NCBI GenBank assembly: GCA_013239625.1
Contig: MU053758.1
Location: forward strand, 1,860,001-1,924,000
Reading direction: 5' to 3'
DNA from: Lama guanicoe
Lineage: Eukaryota
Length of the DNA: 64,000 nt
A program made the position numbers and the translations under genes. Below, one piece after another: positions 1 through 14,023 of this stretch (position 1 is the first letter of the stretch; each line of letters opens with the position of its first letter). The notes under the pieces are model-generated. The model saw only the letters and a program-made list of their open reading frames with translations. It did no database searches and was not told the origin of the DNA.

Positions 1-601
1 TAGGCCTTGCATCTCCTCTGCCGGCCTGAAATGGGAACGCCTAAGGGCAGAAAGGGGATGCAGAGGCAGGACTATGATGCGGCCGTCTGGGAAAACAGAA
101 TGACTCCTTCCCCAGAGCTCTCACCCACACCATGCCCCATGTCTTCTGCTCTAACTCCCCAAACACTGCAAGTCCCTTTCACCACTTCTTAGGTGCCCAG
201 AGAGAAGCCAGCTTTCCCTGAAGACCCAGGCAGGCTGAGGACAGGCACTCCCTGCTAGGCTTCAGAGGAGAGGAGGGTGGAACAGGAAAAGCAGCAGCCC
301 TGCTGAGCAGACAGGACCTCTTTTAGAAGAAATGAGGCAGGTGCCAGAGTGCAAAAACATCCCAACTCTGATGAGAAACAGCTGTTCAGCTGGGACTGTG
401 TCCATGACATGCCTTCATTTCTTTTTTCTTTTTCTCAAGTAGGCATTTCACCTCACAGAAACATGGCCCTGGGGGAGGACAAGTGCCTGGTTCTCAGGCG
501 GCATCTGCCATTACCAGAGAGGACGGAGCCCTCCCCAAGGACCTCTCTCTTCTCCCTCCTCCAGCCCATCCTCTGCTGTCCAGGCTCAGGACTCACCATA
601 C

Positions 602-754
602 CTGGTGGTATTTCTTTAAGATGTTGTGCATCTCAGCCACATCCTCACTTGACACAGTCTTGATCACGAAGCGCCGGTCATAGGTGGTGAGGAAACGTGT
701 GCCACATCGGCCCTGGCTGTCGCTGTTGATGGGGGCACTGCGCGTCACTGAATT
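602..754 (-). CDS. PIP4K2B: PIP4K2B coding exon 4 (153 bp); gene continues beyond window start
   Basis: Translates [54 protein letters not shown] acceptor and GTATGG donor; phase 0/0. Confidence 0.97.
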
Positions 755-2883
755 CTGAGGGACCGAGACAAAAGCGGGCTGGCCTTGGGAGGGGAACAAG
801 GACTCTGACTTTTACTGAGTCTTCTCTCATGGGCCAGACTGTTCTAAAGCCAACAACACTAAGAACGATGGGAACTTACCCCACCTCTTTTCTAATGAAA
901 GTTCACATCTCTCCCAAAAATCTTCCTCAAGAGAGACAAAAGTTGTTCCTTACCACCTGCTCCTAATCCTTGATTGGGATGGCTAGAGGACTGACTATGA
1001 ACCATTTCCTTTCACTCTGATCCCAGAGAGCTACTCTATAAACTAAAACTCAAGCCTCGGATGGTAGAGCAGGCCTCTTATCCTGATGCTCACATGTAAC
1101 ACGACCTTGGGTGAGCCACTAAACTTCTCCACTCCTGAGTGTCCTCACCTAGAACACAAGCAGGCAGACAAGAGATGACTTCCCCAGTCTCTTTGAGTAA
1201 CAAAGATAAGAAGTCTAGCACAAAGAAGGAATGGACACAGTCCTCTTTATTTTCTGTATGTACCCTGATGCTTCTCAAAGCAGGAAGTTGGTCCTCACTG
1301 CTCTGCCCAACACCTCTCCCCTCGCCTTCCCCTCACCTCAGACTCCTGCCTGTCTGTGCAGAGCTCTGAGGCAGATCTGGGGAGCTTTTCTAGTTCTATC
1401 TCGGCTCCTCCCATTCCCACTAGGACTAGAAGGCAAGGGGAAGCCTTAAGGGGGGAGGGAGTAGGGAAGGTATGAGTCAACCAAAGGGCTGTGTTCAACA
1501 GGCAGCTGCCGGGAAAAGACCTTCAGGAGGTCAGAAGGCAGAGAGGACTGGCAAGTATGGTTCTATCCCTGCCTCATTTCCAGGCAGTGTTTCCTGACTC
1601 TCTAAATCACTGGGAGTCTAAGAGCACAGAGCCCCTTCCCCGAGGACCATCCTCCAGGCCCCACTGCAGTCTTGAGCACAATCATTTGCCCACAAGGCTA
1701 TTAGAGAAAACATGCTGACACTGAGAGGATGTGGTTAGATGGCCAAGGGGAAAGGAAAGAGCCACAGTGGAAGGAAGACACTCGAGCAACCTGAGGTTGC
1801 AATAATGGCACGAAGTTTTCAGAAAACCTCATGCTCTGATCAGGTCATGATTTAGTTCAGGGTTGGTCCCAACAGGAGGGGCTGGAGGACCTCCCACCAC
1901 CTCTTAGATACAGCCATTCCTGACTGTTCAAGTCCCTGGCATCTCTCCCTCCTCTCATGTTCCCTCCCCCTCCTCCTCAGTAGGTCCTCCAGAGTGGAGG
2001 ACAGAGGGGACGGACTCACTGGGGGCCCATCCTGCTTCTCGTGAACTACTCTGTGAAAGACTTCCTGGGAAGGGGTGGGAGGAATTACAGTATTTTGCAA
2101 GATATGGGCATCCATTTTAGATTTCCCTAGGCTGTACACTCCTTTTTTCCCCCACAGACAACTGAAAATCAGCTATATTTCTTACTGCTACACAAGGAAA
2201 GTGGAAAATTCTCCCGCCTTCACCACTAGGCCAGGGAAAGAAATCCAAGAAAGGTGTGAGGGGGAGAAGTAATAGAAGCCACAGACTATGAGTCAGACTT
2301 TAACGTCCCTGATACTGGGATTGATTCCTCCCAACAGGCCAAAGGCCTCTCTCACATGATCGCCCCCAAAGGGAGTAGTTGCCCTGCAGTGCTTAGCCCC
2401 CCTCTCAACGTCAGGACAGGGGACAAATTTCGGGGACGGCACGCAGAGCTGGCAAGAGGTCACATGACCCTTGAAGTCTGCCTTTTCTAATCTGTCTTAT
2501 CTTATCTGCTTTAAGAAGCCGCATCTCCCACTGGCAACAATTCTCTCTCTTTTAAGTCAAACCATGGAGGAGAAGGGTTCTTCAGCCCAGACTGGGGATG
2601 TCAGACTGAAATGAAGCCGCTTCTGTAGACCCCTCTCCCTCCCACTGCTCTCCCTCCCTGGGAAAGGAGCCGGACCCTGTGAGGCACCATCAGAAGCACT
2701 TCCAAGGCCCTCACCCCTCCAAAAGCCCACCAACCCTGGGGAAAAGGCTGCCTGGGCTGGAGTGAGACGTGACGGGAAGATGAGCACAAGAACGGTAGAC
2801 ACGTTTTCCCTCTACTTGTCCCGTGACTTCCCGACCTCCCCTCCATTCCCTAACCCCTCCGATTTCGCAAAGACATCCCATAC

Positions 2884-2980
2884 CTGGTAATCCTGATCAT
2901 CAATCGCAAATCTCTCCCGGAGGTTTCTGAACACCATGGGGCAGTACTCCTTAAACTTAAAGCGACTGGGGAGGTTCTCT
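2884..2980 (-). CDS. PIP4K2B: PIP4K2B coding exon 3 (97 bp)
   Basis: [42 protein letters not shown] acceptor, GTATGG donor. Confidence 0.97.
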
Positions 2981-4139
2981 CTAGGGAAAAGCAGAGACGT
3001 GTTTTTATAAACCTCTCGCTCATTTAATTCATACAACAGGACTTCTCAGAGTGTGGTCCACAGGTCGTCTGGATCTGAACAATCTGCAGTACTTAAAATG
3101 TAAGTTGCTAAGCCCGCAAAACTCTGAAGGTTACGTCCGGAAATCTATATTTTTTTGTTTGTTTAATTCAGATTTTTTGAGGTATTATTTACACAAAGTT
3201 TACCGTCTTTTTGGTCAAACATTAGCTCCAAATCCACCTGCTTCATGGCGTACAAGAAGAACGTGGAAACTGCCCTGGGTGCTATCCCCTCCCTGTAACT
3301 TCCTTTCCAGAGGGGTTTTTGACCCAGGGTGAACATCAGAATTACCTGCTGTATTGTAAATCTCTCCTATTGTTCTGAAATCATGTATTTCATGTTTATT
3401 TCCCCTCCAGACTATATGTTCCTCCAGGGCACCAAGGAAGCACCAGCGCCTTATACAGTGCCTGGCACACTGAGTGCTCAATACAGATTTGTTGAATGGA
3501 AATCTTCATTTTTAAGAAACACTCCAGGGATTCTAAGCATGATAAGGTTTAAAAACTTCACAATCCTTGTATACACTGTAAAAATTAATCTAGCTCTATT
3601 CTTATGATTTGTGTACTTTTTCTGAGTGCATGCTATCTTTCAACAAGATTTTAAAGGGAAAAAACCTTACCTGCAAAGAAGTGAGACTGAGTGTCGGCCC
3701 CACTTCACAAGTGCTGTAGCAGCCACAGGTGGGTGGCTGCACAGGAACAGCTGCTGTGAGGCTAATGCCAGTGTGACTGCTGAAGGGAAAGGCCTTTCTC
3801 ATCAAAGGGTCCCTCTCCTCTGGGGATGTTCCTATCAAAACACCCTGAAGATGGTTACACCCAGGAAGCCCTGCCCTTGGTTTCCACTGGGATGGAAGGG
3901 GAGGGTGCTTTAGATTGAAGAGGTCCTCAGTCAACTAACTGGGATCCCATCTTTCCACGAACTCTTGTTCGCTGGCTTCTGGCACCAATCTTCACCCTCC
4001 CCACTCTTTAGTCAATCCACAGACTCCAAGGACGGAAGAGAATCACCTTGAAGGGATGCCTCCTCCAAATCCTCCACCTTGACAACAGTCATCCTGCTTG
4101 GGAACTCCCTTTCAGAAATATGGCCCTCTGTCCAACAGC

Positions 4140-4272
4140 ATTTGCTCACTTTGTGTCTCTGTGTCACATTTTGGTAACTCTCACAATATTTCAAACCCTC
4201 CACCAGCAAAAAGATTATGACTCACTGAAGGGTCAGAAGATGGTTTTAATTTTTTAGCAATAAAGAATTTTT
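4140..4272 (+). mobile_element. Internally deleted Tigger1-derived DNA transposon fragment
   Basis: Recognised Tigger1 segments 'gctcactttgtgtctctgtgtcacattttggtaa' joined to 'accctccaccagcaaaaagattatgactcactgaagg'. Confidence 0.6.
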
Positions 4273-4298
4273 TAAGAAAAAAAGAATTATGTCCCTCT

Positions 4299-4487
4299 GT
4301 TGTCATCACAAGGAAAAAACTTTTTCTCTATTTCTTTAATTTTATATCTATGTGACATGATGAATGTTCACTAAACTTACTGTAGTAATCATATCATGAT
4401 TTATGTAAGTCAAGTCATTATGCTGTATACTTTAAACTTATAAAGTGCTGTATGTCAATTATATCTCAGTAACACTGGGGGAAAAAA
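4299..4487 (+). mobile_element. 5'-truncated L1 3'-end fragment with degenerate TSD
   Basis: L1 3'UTR end '...tatgtcaattatatctcagtaacactggggg'; flanked by gaattatgtccctctg / ggattgtgtccctctg. Confidence 0.65.
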
Positions 4488-4813
4488 GGGATTGTGTCCC
4501 TCTGACTACTCCAGGATGGTGGACTTCAAGGAAATAAAAAGCAGTGGCTTCTTAGGAAGGCAGGGGCCTGGTCTGCCTATGTACCCCCGTCTTCTAGTAA
4601 ATAGCACTGCAGTCTGAGAACTAGGATGCAAACAGTTGTTGAAAGGACAAAAGGAATCAAGAAAGAAGAAAACAAAAAAAATACTGGATGTCCGCTTTAG
4701 GCCAAGATGTCAAGACTCTGGTACAATGTCCACTTCCAGAGCTCTGCCCTCTGGCACAAAACAACCCCACTTCCTGCCTCAGAGCCTAGGGCTGCCCCTC
4801 CTTCCTTAGGTGG

Positions 4814-5640
4814 TGTGATATTGGATATAATTACAAATATATATGTAGTGTTGGTTCCTGTTTCTGGCACAGAGCTCCTAAAATCTTTGGAATTTCCTAA
4901 GTGATGAGAGCAGTAAAGGTGTCTTTCAATGTTTCAAAGCTCCTTTCAAGTATACCTGAATTTATGTTAACGAGGTGACTTGGAAAACCTCTAAGGATGA
5001 GTGCTCATTGCCAGGCAAACCAACCAGAATGAGAGGGTTGGAGCTTTCAGTCCCATCCCCCTGACTTCCAGGGAGAGGAGAGGGGCTGGAGGTTGAATCA
5101 ATCACCAATGGCCACTGACTTAGTCAATCATGCTGTCATAAAATGAAGCCCTCATAAAAATCCAAATGGATAGGGTTCGGAAGGTTCCAGGTTGGTGAAC
5201 ACGTGGAAGTCTGGGGCGGGTGGTGCCTGGAGAGGGTATGGAAGCTGCCCGCCACTTCCCACATACCATGCCCTATTGCCTCTCTCCATCTGGCTGTTTC
5301 TGAGTTGCATCTTTTTATAATAAACCAGCAATCTAGTAAGTAAACTGTTTTCCTGAGTTCTGTGAGCCACTTGAACAAATTAGTCGAACCCAAGAGGGAG
5401 GGTCATGGGAACCTCCAATCTATACTAAGTTGGTCAGAAGCATAGGTGACAATCTGGACTTGAGATCAGCATCTGAAAGGGGAGGGGGGCAGTCTTGTGA
5501 GACTCAGCCCTTAACCTGTGATACGTGATGCTAACTTGGTAAACAGAGTTAAAACTGAATTGAATTGTAAGACACTTAGCTGGTATCCTACAAAACTGCT
5601 TGATGTATGGAAAACCCACACATTTGGTGTTAGAAGTGAG
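4814..5640 (+). mobile_element. Solo LTR, MER21-like (ERVL)
   Basis: Starts TGTGA; MER21-type motifs 'ggagaggggctggaggttgaatcaatcaccaatggcca', AATAAA at ~5318, end 'cacacatttggtgttagaagtg'. Confidence 0.75.
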
Positions 5641-6564
5641 TAGTAGTGAGAGAACAGGGAAAAAACACAGGAGAGCTTTTCTTTTCTACAGGTGCCACTT
5701 CTCAAGCAGCAGCTCTGAAGACAGGCGGCTTCTAGAATACGATGTTGTTATTACTTACTATGGCAGAGAGAGGCCACTAAAGGATGCTTTCAAATCAAGC
5801 TTCTCCTTCAGGCTAACAGTCTGGGAACGGTAGGGTGACAGAGCCCAGCCGGTGAGGTGGTGGGGACTGTGGGACAATGGAGAGTGGAACCAAGATTCAA
5901 ATGTTGAAAGGAAGAGAGTGTGAGCAGCAAATAGTTACTGGGGTGACCCATCAAAGGATGAAAAAGCTAGGTCCCTAGAGGGCTTAGAGCAGGCCCCAAA
6001 CTGTGCCAGGTCAGACGGGTGCTCCGTCAAAGCCTGTGACAAACTTTAGACACCAATGTTAATCCAAGAAGCCACAGTGAACAAAAATGAGAAGAATGAT
6101 TTTGGATAGTGCCATTGGGCACCACGCTCAGTCTGTTGTTCACACACTAGCTGGAAATAAAGGAGCTTGGCTGCATCCCAGGCCCCAGAACATGCCTGGC
6201 AGCTTCTTGCCTCAGACTAAGATCAAGATAGGGCAACTACTGTCAGCCTCACACTGGATACCTCAGCTCCCAAGCAGCTCACTTTTACCTAAACTGGCCC
6301 TAGATGAATCACCCTGGGCCAAGCCACGTGCTCTGAGGGACACTGGAGGTAGGCTGATAAAGGACTGAGTTGACAGGACAACACAAGGGGGAGAGGCATA
6401 TAATGAATGCATTTTCCCAGCCAGCTTTTCAGCTGTGATCCAGGTGTCGCTTCACACCCTGCCAGGTGCTGGCTTGGCCCCCACCACGGAGAGGTTTCAG
6501 AAGCTCTCTGCTTTAAGGGAGAGAATTGCCCACAATACCTGTGCCCACTCAGTAGGCAACTTAC

Positions 6565-6662
6565 TTATTGAAGAGATGATTGTCCACCTTGATCTTGCTG
6601 TATGCTTTGAAGTCATCTGGCATTAGCATGACAGGGACAGGGACATTGCTCAGCTCATTGAT
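6565..6662 (-). CDS. PIP4K2B: PIP4K2B coding exon 2 (98 bp)
   Basis: [32 protein letters not shown](K); TTTGCAG acceptor, GTAAGT donor; phases join exons 1 and 3. Confidence 0.97.
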
Positions 6663-7252
6663 CTGCAAAGCAAGGAGAAAGTGAGGTTCTCAGCCAGGAA
6701 GCCACCTGCCTCAGAGAGACAATATGCTACAACATGGATGCTACCATCTCACCAAAAACATGTCCACGGAATCCCTCCTCATGTTTACTTTTGTTCTTTT
6801 CCTCAAATAAGTTTCCAACCTCATCTCTACCTATTGAAATTCTCCCCACCTGATAAGGTTCAGCTCAAAAGGCACCTCCTCTATGACGCTTTCCATGATT
6901 CTCTAAACCACAAACGTTTCCCATCTTGGAATTCCTGAAACATTGTTTGTATCCATCTTTTGCCATCTCATAGCCCCCCTCATATAGTAGTTAATGCTTA
7001 TAACCTACACGAGCCAGCTCGATTATAAGCTAAGCAAGATCATAGCACTGATCTTTGTAAGCAAAGATCCTCTAAATGATCTCTGGAAGCTCCAGGGTTC
7101 TTAGCACCACAATTTGCATATGGCAGGTACTATTTAAGTGTATTCCAAATGCAGTAATAAATGGATCAATAAATAAATGCCATTCAACCTATGTGAGTGT
7201 TAATTGAGGCCTCTAAACATCTTCAAACAGGGTCACTCAAGAAATCAGCCCA

Positions 7253-7931
7253 AGCATATATCTGGGGAAAACTCTAATTTGAAAAGATACATGCACCCCA
7301 ATGTTCACAGCAGCACTATTCACAATAGCCAAGACATGGAAGCAACCTAAATGTCCATTGACAGATGATTAGATAAAGAATATATCTCTCTATATATTTA
7401 TTTATCTATATCTATATATTTATATCTATCTATATATTGTGTATATATATATATATCTACATAAATATATATAGAAATAAAGCAACATGGATGGACCTAG
7501 AGATTATCATATGAAGTGAAATAAGTCAAAGATAACTATCATATGGTATCACTTATATGTGAAATCTAAAAAATGATACAAATGAACTTATTTACAAAAT
7601 AGAAACAGACTCAGACATAGAAAACAAACTTACGGTTACCAAAGGGGAGGGGGGGCATAAATTAGGAGTTTGGGATTAGCAGATACAAACTACTATATAT
7701 AAAATAGATAAACAACAAGGTCCTACTGTATGGCACAGGGAGCTATATTCAATAGCCTGTAATAAGCTATGATGAAAAAGAATATATATATGTGTGTGAA
7801 TCACTATGCTATACACCAGAAACTAACACAACTAAACTGTAATTGTAAATCAACTAAATTTCAATATTGTAAATCAACTAAACTTCAAATAAAAATAAAC
7901 AAATTAAATAAACAAATACATTTAAAAAAAG
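7253..7931 (+). mobile_element. L1 3' end (ORF2 end + 3'UTR, A-rich tail) with TSD
   Basis: 'aaagatacatgcaccccaatgttcacagcagcactattcacaatagccaagacatggaagcaacctaaatgtcc'; TSD agaaatcagccca at 7240-7252 and 7932-7944. Confidence 0.9.
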
Positions 7932-9391
7932 AGAAATCAGCCCAGGGCAGGGAAAAAGGATGGGTTTATGTGGGTGTGTAAACTCTTATCTCCAAAGTAA
8001 AGGATTAATCTAAAGTGAGCCAGAAGAGGCAGATATCTGGTCACTGGCTCCCTCTTACTCTCCTGATTAAAGCAGGGCCAGTTCCTAAAGCCACATCCTG
8101 CCTTATGCTGAACTGGGGGAGATGGGGTAGAGTGCCTTGCCTCTGCTGCAAACAAACGTTCTCATTGTCTTTCATCCCCCTTCAGGGAGCTGGAGGCTGG
8201 ACAGGGAACTGGCTTCCCATTGGTGCAGAGCTGAGGGCAGTGCCTGCCCTTCCCCATCCCCAGTTTAGCCAATTAGTGGTCTAATTAGCCACAGATGTCC
8301 TCCCCCATCACAGCAGAGTATCTGACATTTGACCCTCACCCAGTTGCCACTAATGCATTCAGGATTTACAGAGGAAACCTCAGTCCTGACTTAATGGATA
8401 GGGGGCAGAGGGAGCAGCCTTGTGTCTCCCAGATAGTTTCCTTGCAAATCCTATTATTTCAATGAGGCCCCATGTGGCAGTGAGGGAATAATCTCGTCAT
8501 TAGGGCTCCTCTAGGGGCATAAATAGGGGGGAAATAGCATTTAATTTGCTGCCTCTTTCATGTTCCAAACCTGTTTTATTTAGAAATGTCAGAGGATGGA
8601 GGAAGTTCAAGTTAATGCAGTAAATGGGCTTGGGACCCACACCTTCCTAGAGTTGGTGAAAAACCCAATTTACTCATGGGGAAGTTAAGGAAGGCGGAGG
8701 ATTGCATGTGTATGGGGAGGGGGCTGTGAGGTAAGTAGTGTAGGTTGACAACGTGGCAGAGACTCAATAAACTGCTGGCAGAAAGTGACTGGCATAGACA
8801 TGAAAGTACATCTTATATATATAATTCCATTTACATGAAATTCTAGAATCTACAGTGAGAGAAATCCAGTAAGAGGCCGCCTGGGTTGGGTTGGGGGGGT
8901 GGGGTTGACTGTAAGGAACATGAGGTGTGATTCTAGGGTGACAGAAATGTTCTATATGTTGTTTAGGGTGATGATGACAGGAGTATATACATCTGGCTAA
9001 TAAACAGCCACACAAAAAAAGCCCTGCCAGTTCCCATTCCAGGGGGTGCTCACAAAAGCACCTGCTTGTTAAGTGTGTGCCTACAGAGGAAACCGTTCCA
9101 CTTCCTTGTTTTTCTGCCAATAGAAACAATTCATGGTAGCTGTCCCACTGCCTTTTCCCTGGCGTATTAAGCTTGACTCTGAGAGTTAAAGAAGTTAAGA
9201 ATTCATGGCTCTTATGCAATTCTGTTTTATACTAAAATGTTCTAGTATCTGCTACTGATTGGTTCTGGGTTATTCTAAAATCCAAAACCTGTGCTTGTTA
9301 CCAGGAGAAATAGGAAAGACTAAAACGCTTGCTTATAAGGGGTCAACTGCCTCTTAGCCAGGATGATTATTCTAACAAGAGCTACTCAGCA

Positions 9392-9525
9392 GGGGAGGGC
9401 ATAGCTTAGTGGTAGAGTGCGTGCTTGGCATGCACAAGGTTCTAGGTTCAATTCCTCAGTACGCCCATTTCAATAAATAAATAAAAATCTAATTACCTTC
9501 CTCCAAAAAAAAAACAACAAAAAAA
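9392..9525 (+). mobile_element. tRNA-derived SINE (camelid Vic-1-like)
   Basis: A/B-box head ggggagggcatagcttagtggtagag...ggttcaatt, 'taattacc' tail, poly(A); TSD aagagctactcag / aagagctattcag. Confidence 0.9.
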
Positions 9526-12500
9526 AAGAGCTATTCAGGAATGCTCCATTCATTAATTCTCTATGTAACTCTTAGTGCAACATAGTTTGAATACTTGTAA
9601 GTTAATCAGTTTTTAGTTCTCAATTCACCTCTATTCTTGACTATAGATCCCAATAGCAGAAAATTTCTAACGGATAATATATCAGTGAACAATCCATACA
9701 TCTGAACTACAGAGAATCACCCTCATTTCCACTGGGCCACATGTAGATGATTCACTCCGGGGATTAGCTGGACTATTTTTTTTTTTTCAGTTGTGCTAAA
9801 TTTTATATCCCCAGAGAGTTCTATTCAATTTCAGTTGAACAAGCACTTACTGAAATACCTACTACATGCTTCATTTCACGTTCAGGAGAAGGGGGCGTAC
9901 AGCAAGGAAAATGTGCGTACTGTACACACACAAATGGAGGGCTTACCCTCTTAACAGGGAGACGAGACAAACCAATGATACAGCAACGCTTGAAGTCAAG
10001 GAGCATTTAAATAAGTGCGAATAGAGGGACCGAGAACAGAATGGAAGAGGTTCAGAGGAGGGTGAGGTTAACACAGTCAGAGTCAGACTCCCAGCCCTCA
10101 CATACCAGGCTAGAAACAGGGCACCTTAATGCCCCTCCTGGTATTGCCAAGAGCACTTGACACTGGAAGAACTTACAACAAGATCATGTTACATCTCTGC
10201 TCAAAAATCTTCCATGGCTCCTCACCAACCTCAGGGTCAAGTTTTAACTCCTTAGCCTGGCATTTAAGGTCTTTCCCGATCTGGCTCAGACTCTGTCAAA
10301 TTTCTATTCAGTTAACTTCTACTCAATGGACTGAGGGTCCATTATGTGCCAGTACTGTGCCAGAAGCTGGGGATACAACAGTGAAAAGATATGGTCTCTG
10401 CTTAGCTTGGAAGACAGACAACAAATAACAAATACAATGTGATGAGTGCTATAGCTATGAATAAAGGGAGATGGAAAAGCAGATTAAGAAATGACTGATT
10501 CTGCCTGGGAGTGGGAGGGTTGATTGCTAGAGGAAGCTACAGATAAGTCCATGGGAGAAAGGCCTAGGATGGCAGTTCTCAAAAAAACAAAAATCAAAAA
10601 CAAACAGACAAAAAAAGCCCCAAAAAACCCAAAAGGAAGGGAATCCCAGCTGTGAAACAAGCCTCAGAGTTGTAGAAGTATACTGTCCATTTTAGGTACA
10701 GTCAGGGGAGGCCGGGAGTGGCAGGGTAAGAGACAGGCGCCAGGGAGTGGTGGGAGACAGTACAGGAAAGACTGGTGAACAACCTAGCATATTTTCAGTA
10801 TCAATAAGCAACAGCTGCTTCTGTTTATTGAATGTCTGTAAGTGGTCAGTGCTTTATATTATTACATATCATATATCTAACACATAAATATTTTTGTTCT
10901 ATTTGTGCTACTATTTCTAATATTTAATAGTCACATAAAGTATTATTAATCTGGTTTTGCAAAAGAGGTTCAGGGTACCTTGCTCAAGGTCACACAGACA
11001 ATATGTGCAGAGTCAGGACTTGCTCCCAAGCCTATCTGGTGCCAAAACCTGGACTCTTTATACTGTGCTGTGCAATCCTTCTTATGGACAGCTACCTCAC
11101 TAAAGTAATGTTTTCCCTTCCTTTCCTCTATCCTAATAACCTGCAAGGGAAGTGTTATACTCCTTTTATAGAAAAGAAAAATGAAGCTCAGAGAGAAAAA
11201 TTACTACTCCAACACTATACTAAGGGACACAGCCTGGATTTGAATTTAGGTTTATCCACTATGTGATAAATTTGGACTTGACTATGCAGACAATAGGAAG
11301 CCCTCTCAAGTTTAAGTCTGGGAATTCACATGATTAGATGAGTGATATAGAAAGATAATTCTGGAATCAAAATCAAGTAAGGGTTGGAAAGGGTAAAGAT
11401 AAGAAGCATCAAGACCATTTATGGGACCATCATAATAGTTCAGGTGAGGGACTACAGCAGCAAGCTCAGAAGAAGGGATGAATTTAAGAGAATCATCCAA
11501 GATCTGGCTAAATGACACTTCTGTGACACCTTCCCTGTCTTCTCCAGGTTAAACCAGTTGCTCATTCCTCTGTGCATCTTTATATCCTAAATATCCATTC
11601 ACTTCGGTAATTATCTGTTTACATGTTTGATTTCGCCACTAGACGGTGAGCCCCTAAAAGGAAGAGACTGTCTTACCCATGTTTATGTCCCTAGCACAAT
11701 GTCTGGCACATAGTAGTTGGACAATAAATGTTGGATGGAAGGACTGATGGACAGAAAAAGGGGGCTAAAGGATGGCTAACACTAGGATAAAGAGAAAAAA
11801 TGACAGGAAAGCTGGTGTGACCATGCCAAAAGTTCACAGTCTGGATGGGAATGGGAAAGAAGATTAAGGTTAGCTATTGAGGCTATAACCAGTATGTAAA
11901 GAGTCTTAAACGCCAGGGAGAGAAGAATAAACTTTATTTGGTAGACAAAAGAGAATAACTAAGAGCTTTGAAGCATGAAAGGTCGTGACTAAAGCAATGT
12001 TTCAGGAAGATGTGCCTTTCCTTTTTCACTATCTAGCACATTTCTGGGCCAACCTCTTTCATCTTCAGCAGAAATGTACTTGTGGAATGCAAACTCATTT
12101 GAGTATCATGATAAACAGAACATATTATGATGGTAAACTGTTTTAATGTCACGTCATGCAAGTGGTTTTTGGATGATCCACACGATTAACTCCATGAGAA
12201 ATCAGCATAAATAATGAGGAGGCTAAACAAGCTGAGTGAGAAACAACTTAGGAACAGAGAGTTCACTCTATGCTGATCCTATGGGACATGAAAATTAGTC
12301 ACTAGTTCTAGTCTGATGAACTTCTGATTCCAGAATCCTTCACTTCCCTGTGTGACCTTCATAGGAATTGCTACCCAGGAGGTGTGGGCTGGGCTTGCAG
12401 GCTTCCTGACCCGTCCCAGGGTTCTATGGGTGTCTCGGCCACAGGCTGGCACCACTGGCAATCATTTGTTACCATCAGAAAACATGACATGTTGGGAAAC

Positions 12501-12857
12501 ACGTTCCCAAGACCAAGGAGGTCCAAGCAAAATCTGAAACTCCAAAAAGGAAAAGGGCAAGAACAGAGAGCCAGAGATGCCACCAAATCCACCCCTGGGT
12601 TTATTCCTCCTTTTTACACCTTGGTTTTTCTTCTCCCATTTGAGTCCCAGTGTTCTCTGTGAGGTGGGAAGGTGTGCTGAAGGACAAACTCATCCAAAGG
12701 CTTCACTAAAGTGGGACTATTTACTAAAGACTTTGAAAGTAGCAGGACAAGAGGAAAAGGCAGGGAAAGGAGGTTCTGGGTCTGCATTAAGCAAAGAAAA
12801 TGTGTTGACAGAATGGGAGTGGAATGTGGGAGAGAACTGAGCAGACTTAAGAACAAA

Positions 12858-13078
12858 TCTTTTCCTCATACCATTCATAAAAATTAACTCAAAATTTATT
12901 ATAAAACTAAATGTAAGAGCTAAAACTCAAATAGTTTTTCTTAGAAGAAAATATAGGAGTAAACCTTCATCATCTTGGGTAGGGCAAAGCCTTCTTAGAT
13001 ATGACACCAAAAGTACAACCAACCAGAGAAAAATAGATAAATTGGACTTTTGATCAAAATTAAAAACTTGAACTTCAA
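12858..13078 (+). mobile_element. Old L1 ORF2 fragment, part 1 (host element, continues at 16088-16115 and 17836-18250)
   Basis: 'aaaattaactcaaaa...ttagaagaaaatataggagtaaaccttcat...gataaattggactt...aaaattaaaaactt', collinear with later parts once the two insertions are removed. Confidence 0.8.
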
Positions 13079-14023
13079 TTAGTGGGAGTACCGGTCAAGA
13101 TGGTGGAGTGGTAGGACCACGACGAGCTTGCCTCTCCTTGCGACTACAATGAAACCACAGCTGAATGCTAAACAACCCTTGAAAAAAGACTGGAACCTAG
13201 AAAAAAAGATCTTGGGAAACTGGAAACATAAAGAGGGAACCACAGCAGGATGGTAGGAGAGGTGTGCTCACGATATAATTGGGCCCCACGCCACCCAGGT
13301 GGGCAACCCACAAGCTGAAGATCTGTTAAGTCGCAAAGGCTCTCCCACAGGAGTGAGAACTCTAAGCCCCACGTCAGGCTCCTCAGTTTGGGTCCTGGCA
13401 CTGGGAAGAGGAGATCCCAGGACATCGGTTTTGAAGGCCAGAGGGGCTTGGCTCTGGCCTCACGGGCGTGGGGGAAACGGAGACTCCATTTGCTTGAGAA
13501 GCATACACGGAAACTCACATGCACCAGGTCCAAGGGCAGAGGCAGTGATTTCATAGGAACCTGGGCCAGACCTGCCTGCTGGATTTGGAGGGTCTCCTGG
13601 GGACATGGGGGACGGCTGCAGCTCACTCAAGGGACATAAAAGCTGGTGGCAGACATTCCGGGAGTGTTAATCTACATGAGCTTTCCTGGAGGTTGCCATC
13701 TTGATTGGATCATTAGCACCAAGACCCAGCCCCACCTAACAGCCTGCAGGGAAGCCTCAGGCCAAACAACATACAGGGTGAAAACACAGCCACACTCATC
13801 AGTAGACTTCCTAAGCCACAAAGGCCTCTAGACACAGCCCCACCCACTAGAGGTCCAGGACCAAGCTTCACCCAGCAGTGGGCAGACACTGGCTCCTTCT
13901 GCCAGGAAACTTGCATAAGCCTCTAGTCCAGCCTCATCCACCAGGGGCAGATACTAGAAATAAGAAAACAATAATCCCAAAGCCTGTGGAAGGAATCCAC
14001 AAACATATAGAAAGATAGATGAT

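Noticed and set aside
12198..12280. Inverted repeat ATCAGCATA...TATGCTGAT with nearby CTGA/TGATGA motifs as a snoRNA
   Set aside because: Boxes are not in a valid C/D order on the host (minus) strand and the stem is short
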